Of a stretch of DNA of 26,669 nt, positions 18,191 to 25,388 are shown one piece after another. The translations under genes and the position numbers were made by a program. Under the pieces are notes generated by a model. That model was not told the origin of the DNA. It saw only the letters and a list, made by a program, of their open reading frames with translations, and made no database searches. The first letter of the stretch is position 1. Each line of letters starts with the position of its first letter. Source of the stretch: a virus (lineage: Duplodnaviria > Heunggongvirae > Uroviricota > Caudoviricetes); the IMG/VR virus record IMGVR_UViG_2734482780_000007; one strand, given 5' to 3'.

Positions 18191-18561
18191 TGCGCCACGT
18201 CCTGAAAATTACCCTGATAGAAAGCCAGTATGCGCTGCATAACTTCGCTCTTCCGGCACTCGCGACAGATTATGTTTAGGCGACTGTCGTAGCGACGTAT
18301 TTCTCCGTCAGGTGATGACCAGATAAGGTCCGGATCAACCACAGCAGGTTTCTTCACCTTTGCCCTCGAGAGTTTTTTGCGGGCGTTTTGCCAGTCCTTA
18401 CGCGCCTGTTCAGAGGGGAATAACCCGTAGCCGGAGTTGTATACATCGCCACTGACTACCAGCTCTCTGGCAAGAACGCTCATCAGATATCTAGTCGCAC
18501 CTGTTTTAGCTTCCAGTTGCCGTAACGTCTCACGGCCGCTCTGGCGCACGAGTTCCACCAC
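18187..18561 (-). CDS. Hypothetical protein, up to 124 aa, start uncertain (GTG at 18561 or ATG at 18483)
   Basis: Open frame translationally coupled to the methyltransferase remnant; no good SD/ATG at the 5' end. Confidence 0.35.
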   Translation of the reverse strand: MVELVRQSGRETLRQLEAKTGATRYLMSVLARELVVSGDVYNSGYGLFPSEQARKDWQNARKKLSRAKVKKPAVVDPDLIWSSPDGEIRRYDSRLNIICRECRKSEVMQRILAFYQGNFQDVAQ

Positions 18562-18649
18562 CTGTCATTTAATTTTTTCCCGCTCTTCTTGTGTAAAAAC
18601 TTTTGCCACCAGTCCCCCTTAAAATTACCTCATGACCTGAAATCAACAC

Positions 18650-19615
18650 TTATCCTCTGAAACCAGGCGGAATTTCTGTATCCGGTTCAGAAATATGATT
18701 AACACAACGCTGTACAGGTGAACGTCCCAGGCGGATGACCAGTTCGTCCCATTTTTCGCGGAGCTTTGACGGGCTCATGATGTTTTTTACCCAGAATGGA
18801 TCTCGCTGAACCCGACCAAACATTTCGCAAATTTGTCTGTGGCTTCTGCCATCCAGCATCCGCATTGTGCGCACGTCATTGGCCCAGGCAGTCCAGTTAG
18901 GCTCTTTTGGTCGCATGATCTCGCCATCATCACTGGCTGCCTGTTCGTAGAGACCCACGATCCGCCCCCAGATCCACTGCGCACACGCCAAATCCTCCCT
19001 GCTACCCCACTGGCGTTTTTTCGCACTAAACACAACCGCGTCGGAGTTCCGGGTTAAAGAATCCTGTTCAGTCGTCTGCGGGTCCGGTTGCGAAGCTTCC
19101 GGACGAAAAGTGTTTTTATTCTCTGTAGTAATCTCTGTTGTATTCTCTGTAAGATCATCAGGCCATTTTGACCCGATGACATTGGGTCGTTTTGAACCAA
19201 TGGAGCGTTTCATTTTGACCTCTTCCATCGTGTCATTTTGACCTGATGGAGCGGCGCATTTTGAACCGATGGATTCGCTCAATTTGCCACCATCTAAAAG
19301 CTCGCTCCCATAGTTGATCGTGTAGAAATTGGTCATATCGCGCTTTGATTTATTGAGCTTTTCACAACGCAAAAGCCCCAGCGTTTTCAGACTTGCAAAC
19401 GCGCGCTTTAACGTTGACTCTGACCAGAATGGGAACTGTTCCAGCCATTGTTCCGTTGTGTTATAAATCCAGCGAACACCATCACATTCCATGCCGGAGT
19501 TGGTATCTCTCAACCAGTAGTGCAGTTGTTGCAAAACAATGGCTTCGTTTAAGCCAATTTTCATTGCCAGCTGCGTGTTTATAACCAGTGGGCGTTCAGC
19601 AAAAAGAAGGCTCAT
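18650..19615 (-). CDS. Phage replication initiator (lambda O-like replisome organiser), 321 aa from the ATG at 19615
   Basis: Position after the cro-like/cII-position genes; contains an in-gene iteron array encoding SIGSK-type peptide repeats, as in lambda O. Confidence 0.75.
   Translation of the reverse strand: MSLLFAERPLVINTQLAMKIGLNEAIVLQQLHYWLRDTNSGMECDGVRWIYNTTEQWLEQFPFWSESTLKRAFASLKTLGLLRCEKLNKSKRDMTNFYTINYGSELLDGGKLSESIGSKCAAPSGQNDTMEEVKMKRSIGSKRPNVIGSKWPDDLTENTTEITTENKNTFRPEASQPDPQTTEQDSLTRNSDAVVFSAKKRQWGSREDLACAQWIWGRIVGLYEQAASDDGEIMRPKEPNWTAWANDVRTMRMLDGRSHRQICEMFGRVQRDPFWVKNIMSPSKLREKWDELVIRLGRSPVQRCVNHISEPDTEIPPGFRG
19164..19297. repeat. Putative prophage origin: six direct iterons of 23-24 bp (CATTTTGACC-n-GATGG consensus), preceded by three 12-bp tandem repeats (TCTCTGT core, 19117-19152)
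   Basis: CATTTTGACC / CGTTTTGAAC / CATTTTGACC / CATTTTGACC / CATTTTGAAC / CAATTTGCCA starting at 19164, 19188, 19211, 19234, 19257, 19280. Confidence 0.75.
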
Positions 19616-20117
19616 AATTCCATCCAGCTTTTTGTTGGTATTGCTGTCGATACGCAAGCTTGAAAGCAATTGCTTTTTCTATAAGTTCGTCAGTTTCACG
19701 ATCCACTACGGCAGGATCAGCAAAAAGCAGTCCGGACTCCACCACATCGCCATATTCTTTGTTTAACCCGGCGATCATGCACGTGATGCTTTTTCCGTCA
19801 GTAATTTCACGATACAACCTGAAATCACTAATCCGGATAGCCTCCATAATCGCAGGCACTAGCGCCGTGAACTTTTCACGCTTATCCCTGGTGTCGATAG
19901 CCTTCCAGCGTTCGAATATCTTCACTCGATTAACACCAAGCGCTCGCTGATCAACCGCGCCACCTTCATCTGTGACACGCTGAACATCGATGTTCGGGCG
20001 CTCTTTCAAAGCCCAGAATGCTTCAGTGATTAATATCGTCGCCTGCTCCTGTGTCATTCCTGGTCGACATATCCAGGCATCCAGAGCCTCACGAGCCTGT
20101 TCAGGAGTGATTTTCAT
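19596..20117 (-). CDS. Hypothetical protein in the cII position, 173 aa
   Basis: ORF between the cro-like dicC and the O-like gene, overlapping both by about 20 nt. Confidence 0.6.
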   Translation of the reverse strand: MKITPEQAREALDAWICRPGMTQEQATILITEAFWALKERPNIDVQRVTDEGGAVDQRALGVNRVKIFERWKAIDTRDKREKFTALVPAIMEAIRISDFRLYREITDGKSITCMIAGLNKEYGDVVESGLLFADPAVVDRETDELIEKAIAFKLAYRQQYQQKAGWNYEPSFC

Positions 20118-20331
20118 TGTTCAACCACCCCGCCCGCTTCGTCTTACGATATTCATCATAAACTTTGGGATCATACTGAAGCTCCCCGCCAGATGCCTCC
20201 TGTAGACGCATCGCGCGACCTTCGGGAACTAAATCCCCTTTCCAGCTATAAAGCGAAGCCAAACGAATACCTGCTGCTTGTGCAAGTTTTGTTTTTGAAC
20301 CGAAATACAAAAGAGCGTCAGTTTTAAGCAT
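20101..20331 (-). CDS. dicC: Cro-like HTH regulator DicC, 76 aa
   Basis: MLKTDALLYFGSKTKLAQAAGIRLASLYSWKGDLVPEGRAMRLQEASGGELQYDPKVYDEYRKTKRAGWLNNENHS; divergent from dicA. Confidence 0.9.
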   Translation of the reverse strand: MLKTDALLYFGSKTKLAQAAGIRLASLYSWKGDLVPEGRAMRLQEASGGELQYDPKVYDEYRKTKRAGWLNNENHS

Positions 20332-20346
20332 TTAAAACACCTTTAT

Positions 20347-20364
20347 TGTTAGTCATAACTAACA
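20347..20364. promoter_or_regulatory. Operator-like palindrome TGTTAGT-CATA-ACTAACA in the dicA/dicC divergent promoter region (second palindrome TGTTAACA at 20372-20379)
   Basis: Perfect 7-bp inverted arms sharing the TGTTA half-site with the downstream 8-bp palindrome. Confidence 0.5.
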
Positions 20365-20414
20365 AGATAGATGTTAACAAAAACATAGTCAATACGATTT
20401 AGCATTAGCTAACT

Positions 20415-20822
20415 ATGGAAACAAAAAATTTAACTATCGGCGAACGCATCAGGTATCGTCGGAAAAACCTCAAACACACCCAAAGGTCTCTTGCTAAAGC
20501 CCTGAAAATCTCCCATGTGTCTGTATCACAATGGGAACGGGGTGATAGTGAACCTACAGGGAAGAACCTTTTTGCCCTCAGCAAAGTATTGCAATGCTCA
20601 CCAACATGGATTCTATTTGGCGATGAAGACAAGCAACCAACACCACCTGTTGAGAAGCCAGTTGCCTTATCCCCCAAAGAACTAGAGCTCCTTGAGCTGT
20701 TTAATGCACTGCCAGAATCAGAACAGGATACCCAGCTCGCCGAAATGCGAGCTCGAGTAAAAAACTTCAATAAACTCTTTGAAGAATTACTAAAAGCCCG
20801 TCAGCGGACAAATAAAAGATAA
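20415..20822 (+). CDS. dicA: cI-like repressor DicA (HTH_XRE), 135 aa
   Basis: METKNLTIGERIRYRRKNLKHTQRSLAKALKISHVSVSQWERGDSEPTGKNLFALSKVLQCSPTWILFGDED... Confidence 0.95.
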   Translation: METKNLTIGERIRYRRKNLKHTQRSLAKALKISHVSVSQWERGDSEPTGKNLFALSKVLQCSPTWILFGDEDKQPTPPVEKPVALSPKELELLELFNALPESEQDTQLAEMRARVKNFNKLFEELLKARQRTNKR

Positions 20823-20988
20823 CATCATCAATGAGTTATCTTTTACCACATCAATTATGTTAGCTATAGCATACAAAATCACTTGACCGATATGTTAGTC
20901 ATGGCTAATCTTGTTTGCATCAACACACCGCACGGTGTTCTCAGCAAACAGTTCCGCTACCCCAGCGTTAAGGGGAAATGAGGTCCGC

Positions 20989-21144
20989 ATGGATACTATC
21001 GATCTTGGCAACAACGAATCTCTGGTGTACGGCGTGTTTCCAAACCAGGACGGTACGTTCACCGCGATGACGTATACCAAAAGCAAAACGTTTAAAACCG
21101 AAAATGGTGCCCGTCGCTGGCTGGAAAGAAACTCAGGTGAGTGA
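20989..21144 (+). CDS. ydfA: Small protein YdfA, 51 aa
   Basis: MDTIDLGNNESLVYGVFPNQDGTFTAMTYTKSKTFKTENGARRWLERNSGE; GAGG SD. Confidence 0.85.
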   Translation: MDTIDLGNNESLVYGVFPNQDGTFTAMTYTKSKTFKTENGARRWLERNSGE

Positions 21145-21145
21145 T

Positions 21146-21274
21146 ATGGATTTCGACACAATCATGGAAAAAGCTTACGAAGAATACTTCGAAGGTCTTG
21201 CCGACGGCGAAGAAGCTCTCAGCTTCAACGAATTTAAACAGGCGCTTTCCAGTTCGGCAAAATCTAACGGCTGA
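21146..21274 (+). CDS. ydfB: Small acidic protein YdfB, 42 aa
   Basis: MDFDTIMEKAYEEYFEGLADGEEALSFNEFKQALSSSAKSNG, starts 2 nt after the ydfA stop. Confidence 0.8.
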   Translation: MDFDTIMEKAYEEYFEGLADGEEALSFNEFKQALSSSAKSNG

Positions 21275-21303
21275 TAAGCGAAACAGCACCGCGAGGAATC
21301 AGT

Positions 21304-21522
21304 ATGCAGAAACGAGAACCCGTCATCATCGCGCCAGACTATACCGATGATGAACTTTATGAGTGGATGCGCCAGAAAATTAATGCAGCGCAGGATCTGA
21401 AATGGGCCAATGAAGCCAGGGCTAAGCAGGCTGAAAATCTGTCCGCTCTGGAGCAGGATATCACCAATCTGGAAAAAGCAGCGGCATTAAGCATTGCCAG
21501 AATGATTACATACCCGCGTTAA
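21304..21522 (+). CDS. ydfC: YdfC, 72 aa
   Basis: MQKREPVIIAPDYTDDELYEWMRQKINAAQDLKWANEARAKQAENLSALEQDITNLEKAAALSIARMITYPR. Confidence 0.9.
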   Translation: MQKREPVIIAPDYTDDELYEWMRQKINAAQDLKWANEARAKQAENLSALEQDITNLEKAAALSIARMITYPR

Positions 21523-21862
21523 TAGCTAACCAACGAAGCTAAGGTTGGTAATTAAGGAGTTCTCCACGGGTGAGGTGGAGTGCGTGCGCCGGACACGGGT
21601 GAGCATCCGGCACTGACAGTTTACTGAAAGGATATTTCCCTGAAAAGTCAGACCATAACGCGAAAGCGCACGGCGAGGTAGCTGGTTCATAGATAGCCTG
21701 TCGTTAAATTTTCGTCGACCGTGCGCTTCCGGTTGTGGCAACCCGCGAAATGGTGCGGCGGTAAGTATGGCGGGGTTATTTCTTCCCCGTTGAGGACACC
21801 GGGTTGTCAGGTTGACCATACGCTTAAGTGACAACCCCGCTGCAACGCCCTCTGTTATCAAT

Positions 21863-21920
21863 TTTCTGGTGACGTTTGGCGGTATCAGTTTTACTCCGTG
21901 ACTGCTCTGCCGCCCTTTTT
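21863..21920 (+). ncRNA. dicF: DicF small RNA (Hfq-dependent antisense regulator of ftsZ and other targets), processed from the ydfABC-dicF-dicB transcript
   Basis: TTTCTGGTGACGTTTGGCGGTATCAGTTTTACTCCGTGACTGCTCTGCCGCCCTTTTT matches DicF as recalled, ending in a hairpin plus T-run; exact mature ends approximate. Confidence 0.85.
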
Positions 21921-22089
21921 AAAGTGAATTTTGTGATGTGGTGAATGCGGCTGAGCGCACGCGGAACAGTTAAAACCAAAAACAGTGTTATGGGTGGATT
22001 CTCTGTATCCGGCGTTAATTGTTAACTGGTTAACGTCACCTGGAGGTACCAGGCACTGCATCACAAAATTCATTGTTGAGGACGCGATA

Positions 22090-22278
22090 ATGAAAACGTT
22101 ATTACCAAACGTTAATACGTCTGAAGGTTGTTTTGAAATTGGTGTCACTATCAGTAACCCAGTATTTACTGAAGATGCCATTAACAAGAGAAAACAAGAA
22201 CGGGAGCTATTAAATAAAATATGCATTGTTTCAATGCTGGCTCGTTTACGTCTGATGCCAAAAGGATGTGCACAATGA
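22090..22278 (+). CDS. dicB: Cell-division inhibitor DicB, 62 aa
   Basis: MKTLLPNVNTSEGCFEIGVTISNPVFTEDAINKRKQERELLNKICIVSMLARLRLMPKGCAQ; GAGGA SD. Confidence 0.92.
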   Translation: MKTLLPNVNTSEGCFEIGVTISNPVFTEDAINKRKQERELLNKICIVSMLARLRLMPKGCAQ

Positions 22279-22466
22279 ATTCAGCATTTGTGCTTGTTCT
22301 GACAGTTTTTCTTGTTTCCGGAGAGCCAGTTGATATTGCAGTCAGTGTTCACAGGACAATGCAGGAGTGTATGACTGCAGCAACCGAACAGAAAATTCCC
22401 GGTAACTGTTACCCGGTCGATAAAGTTATTCACCAGGATAATATCGAAATCCCGGCAGGTCTTTAA
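22275..22466 (+). CDS. ydfD: Small membrane protein YdfD, 63 aa
   Basis: MNSAFVLVLTVFLVSGEPVDIAVSVHRTMQECMTAATEQKIPGNCYPVDKVIHQDNIEIPAGL; start overlaps the dicB stop (ATGA). Confidence 0.85.
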   Translation: MNSAFVLVLTVFLVSGEPVDIAVSVHRTMQECMTAATEQKIPGNCYPVDKVIHQDNIEIPAGL

Positions 22467-22558
22467 AACAGTTCCGTAATAAATATCCGGTTTCATTCTT
22501 ATATGCCAGCAATGGCAGGGATTTGTTCATCCTTAAATCTGTCATGAGGTTAAAACAA

Positions 22559-25030
22559 ATGAGTAAAGTCTTTATTTGCGCCGCTATTCCTGACGAACTG
22601 GCAACAAGGGAAGAAGGCGCTGTGGCTGTAGCCACAGCCATTGAAGCTGGCGACGAACGCCGTGCTCGAGCAAAATTTCACTGGCAATTCCTGGAACATT
22701 ATCCGGCTGCTCAGGACTGCGCTTATAAATTTATTGTCTGCGAGGATAAACCTGGCATACCCCGCCCTGCCCTCGATTCATGGGATGCTGAATATATGCA
22801 GGAAAACCGCTGGGATGAGGAGTCTGCTTCTTTTGTCCCGGTTGAGACTGAATCCGATCCGATGAACGTCACTTTTGACAAGCTGGCCCCTGAAGTACAG
22901 AACGCTGTCATGGTTAAGTTCGACACATGTGAAAACATCACCGTTGATATGGTTATTAGCGCACAGGAATTGTTGCAGGAAGACATGGCAACATTCGACG
23001 GACATATCGTTGAAGCGTTGATGAAAATGCCAGAAGTTAACGCCATGTATCCGGAGCTTAAGTTGCACGCCATTGGGTGGGTTAAGCATAAATGTATTCC
23101 TGGTGCTAAATGGCCCGAAATTCAGGCAGAGATGCGCATCTGGAAAAAACGTCGCGAAGGTGAACGCAAGGAAACCGGAAAATACACGTCTGTTGTTGAT
23201 CTCGCCCGCGCCAGAGCCAATCAACAGTACACTGAAAATTCAACAGGAAAAATCAGCCCGGTCATTGCTGCCATTCATCGCGAATACAAGCAGACATGGA
23301 AAACACTGGATGACGAACTGGCCTACGCTCTCTGGCCTGGTGATGTGGATGCCGGAAACATTGACGGCAGCATCCATCGCCGGGCAAAAAATGAAGTTAT
23401 CGACAACGACCGCGAAGACTGGAAGCGTATCTCGGCATCAATGCGCAAACAGCCTGATGCCCTTCGCTACGACCGCCAAACTATTTTTGGCCTTGTCCGT
23501 GAGCGTCCGATCGACATTCACAAAGATCCCGTAGCACTGAACAAATATATCTGCGAATACCTGACGACAAAGGGCGTGTTTGAGAATGAAGAAACAGACC
23601 TGGGCACTGTTGATGTTCTCCAGTCATCAGAAACACAAACTGATGCAGTGGAAACTGAGGTATCTGATATCCCAAAAAATGAAACCGCGCCGGAAGCTGA
23701 ACCATCTGTAGAGCGTGAGGGGCCGTTCTATTTCCTCTTCGCAGATAAGGACGGAGAAAAATACGGTCGCGCAAACAAACTTTCTGGTCTGGATAAGGCA
23801 CTGGCTGCTGGCGCCACTGAAATCACAAAAGAAGAATATTTTGCCCGAAAAAATGGCACATACACGGGCTTACCGCAAAATGTAGATACCGCTGAAGATT
23901 CAGAACAACCAGGGCCGATAAAAGTTACCGCTGACGAAGTAAACAAAATTATGCAGGCAGCCAATATCATCCAGCCTGACGCCGATAAGTTGCTTGCTGC
24001 ATCACGTGGTGAATTTGTTGAAGGGATTAGTGACCCGAATGATCCGAAATGGGTTAAGGGGATCCAGACCCGCGATTCTGTGAACCAGAACCAGCATGAA
24101 TCGGAACGGAACTACCAAAAAGCGGAACAAAACAGCCCAAATGCGTTACAAAACGAGCCAGAAACGAAACAGCCTGAATCAGTGGCGCAACAGGAAGTGG
24201 AAAAAGTCTGCACCGCCTGCGGTCAGACCGGCGGCGGCAACTGCCCTGATTGTGGCGCGGTAATGGGCGACGCAACATACCAGGAAACATTCGATGAAGA
24301 GTATCAGGTTGAAGTTCAGGAAGATGATCCGGAGGAAATGGAAGGCGCTGAACATCCACACAAGGAGAACACTGGCGGCAATCAGCATCACGATAGCGAT
24401 AATGAAACTGGCGAGACGGCAGATCACTCAATTAAGGTGAACGGTCATCAAGAAATCACATCCACCAGCAGGACGTGTGACCATCTAATGATCGACCTTG
24501 AAACCATGGGAAAAAATCCTGATGCCCCGATCATCTCAATAGGTGCAATATTTTTCGATCCGCAAACCGGAGATATGGGACCGGAATTTAGTAAGACTAT
24601 CGATCTGGAAACTGCTGGCGGAGTCATTGATCGGGACACCATTAAATGGTGGCTTAAGCAATCACGCGAAGCGCAATCTGCCATTATGACCGATGAAATC
24701 CCGTTAGATGATGCACTGTTACAATTGCGGGAATTTATCGACGAAAACTCCGGTGAATTTTTTGTTCAGGTCTGGGGAAATGGAGCCAACTTCGACAACA
24801 CGATTTTGCGCCGTTCATACGAACGGCAGGGGATCCCCTGCCCGTGGCGTTACTACAACGATCGCGATGTACGCACAATCGTTGAGCTGGGGAAAGCCAT
24901 AGACTTCGATGCCAGAACGGCTATTCCATTCGAAGGTGAGCGCCATAATGCACTTGATGACGCCCGTTACCAGGCAAAATACGTTTCAGTTATCTGGCAA
25001 AAACTGATCCCGAGTCAGGCTGATTCTTAA
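22559..25030 (+). CDS. ydfE: Full-length YdfE-like protein, 823 aa: N-terminal domain, acidic linker, C4 zinc ribbon, C-terminal DEDDh (DnaQ-like) 3'-5' exonuclease domain
   Basis: GAGG SD before MSKVFICAAIPDELATREEG...; CTAC-x7-CPDC at about 24207-24258; exonuclease motifs MIDLETMG, WGNGANFD, HNALDDA in the last ~180 aa. Confidence 0.85.
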   Translation: MSKVFICAAIPDELATREEGAVAVATAIEAGDERRARAKFHWQFLEHYPAAQDCAYKFIVCEDKPGIPRPALDSWDAEYMQENRWDEESASFVPVETESDPMNVTFDKLAPEVQNAVMVKFDTCENITVDMVISAQELLQEDMATFDGHIVEALMKMPEVNAMYPELKLHAIGWVKHKCIPGAKWPEIQAEMRIWKKRREGERKETGKYTSVVDLARARANQQYTENSTGKISPVIAAIHREYKQTWKTLDDELAYALWPGDVDAGNIDGSIHRRAKNEVIDNDREDWKRISASMRKQPDALRYDRQTIFGLVRERPIDIHKDPVALNKYICEYLTTKGVFENEETDLGTVDVLQSSETQTDAVETEVSDIPKNETAPEAEPSVEREGPFYFLFADKDGEKYGRANKLSGLDKALAAGATEITKEEYFARKNGTYTGLPQNVDTAEDSEQPGPIKVTADEVNKIMQAANIIQPDADKLLAASRGEFVEGISDPNDPKWVKGIQTRDSVNQNQHESERNYQKAEQNSPNALQNEPETKQPESVAQQEVEKVCTACGQTGGGNCPDCGAVMGDATYQETFDEEYQVEVQEDDPEEMEGAEHPHKENTGGNQHHDSDNETGETADHSIKVNGHQEITSTSRTCDHLMIDLETMGKNPDAPIISIGAIFFDPQTGDMGPEFSKTIDLETAGGVIDRDTIKWWLKQSREAQSAIMTDEIPLDDALLQLREFIDENSGEFFVQVWGNGANFDNTILRRSYERQGIPCPWRYYNDRDVRTIVELGKAIDFDARTAIPFEGERHNALDDARYQAKYVSVIWQKLIPSQADS

Positions 25031-25102
25031 TGTTCAACTGTCGCCGGTTGTGACTGGTATTCTGCAACCGGCGCTCGTCTGATGTAAGAGATAAAGAAAT
25101 CG

Positions 25103-25354
25103 ATGAGCGAAGTAATCATGATTGTCTCTCCCGGCAAATGGGTATCCGAAGAGCAGTTAATTGCGCTGAAAGGAATAAAAAAAGGTACGTTAAAAAAGGC
25201 CCGGGAAAAATCGTTTATGGAAGGAAGGGAATATAAGCATGTCGCTCATGACGGTATGCCATGGGATAACAGTCCATGCTTTTACAACCTGGAAGAAATT
25301 GATCGCTGGATTGAGCGCCAGGCATCAGCAAGACCAAGACGTCATCTTACTTGA
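25103..25354 (+). CDS. Putative excisionase / small DNA-binding protein upstream of int, 83 aa
   Basis: Small basic ORF directly upstream of and co-oriented with the integrase; start (25103 or 25118) uncertain. Confidence 0.55.
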   Translation: MSEVIMIVSPGKWVSEEQLIALKGIKKGTLKKAREKSFMEGREYKHVAHDGMPWDNSPCFYNLEEIDRWIERQASARPRRHLT

Positions 25355-25388
25355 CTAAAAGCCACACTAACTAATGAGAGAAGTTGAA

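Noticed and set aside
21526-21861. 111-aa minus-strand ORF between ydfC and dicF
   Set aside because: Antisense to the dicF precursor leader; more likely a chance ORF than a gene.
22723-24431. Several 80-150-aa ORFs on the minus strand and in alternative plus frames within ydfE
   Set aside because: All nested inside the long, well-supported ydfE frame; no start signals.
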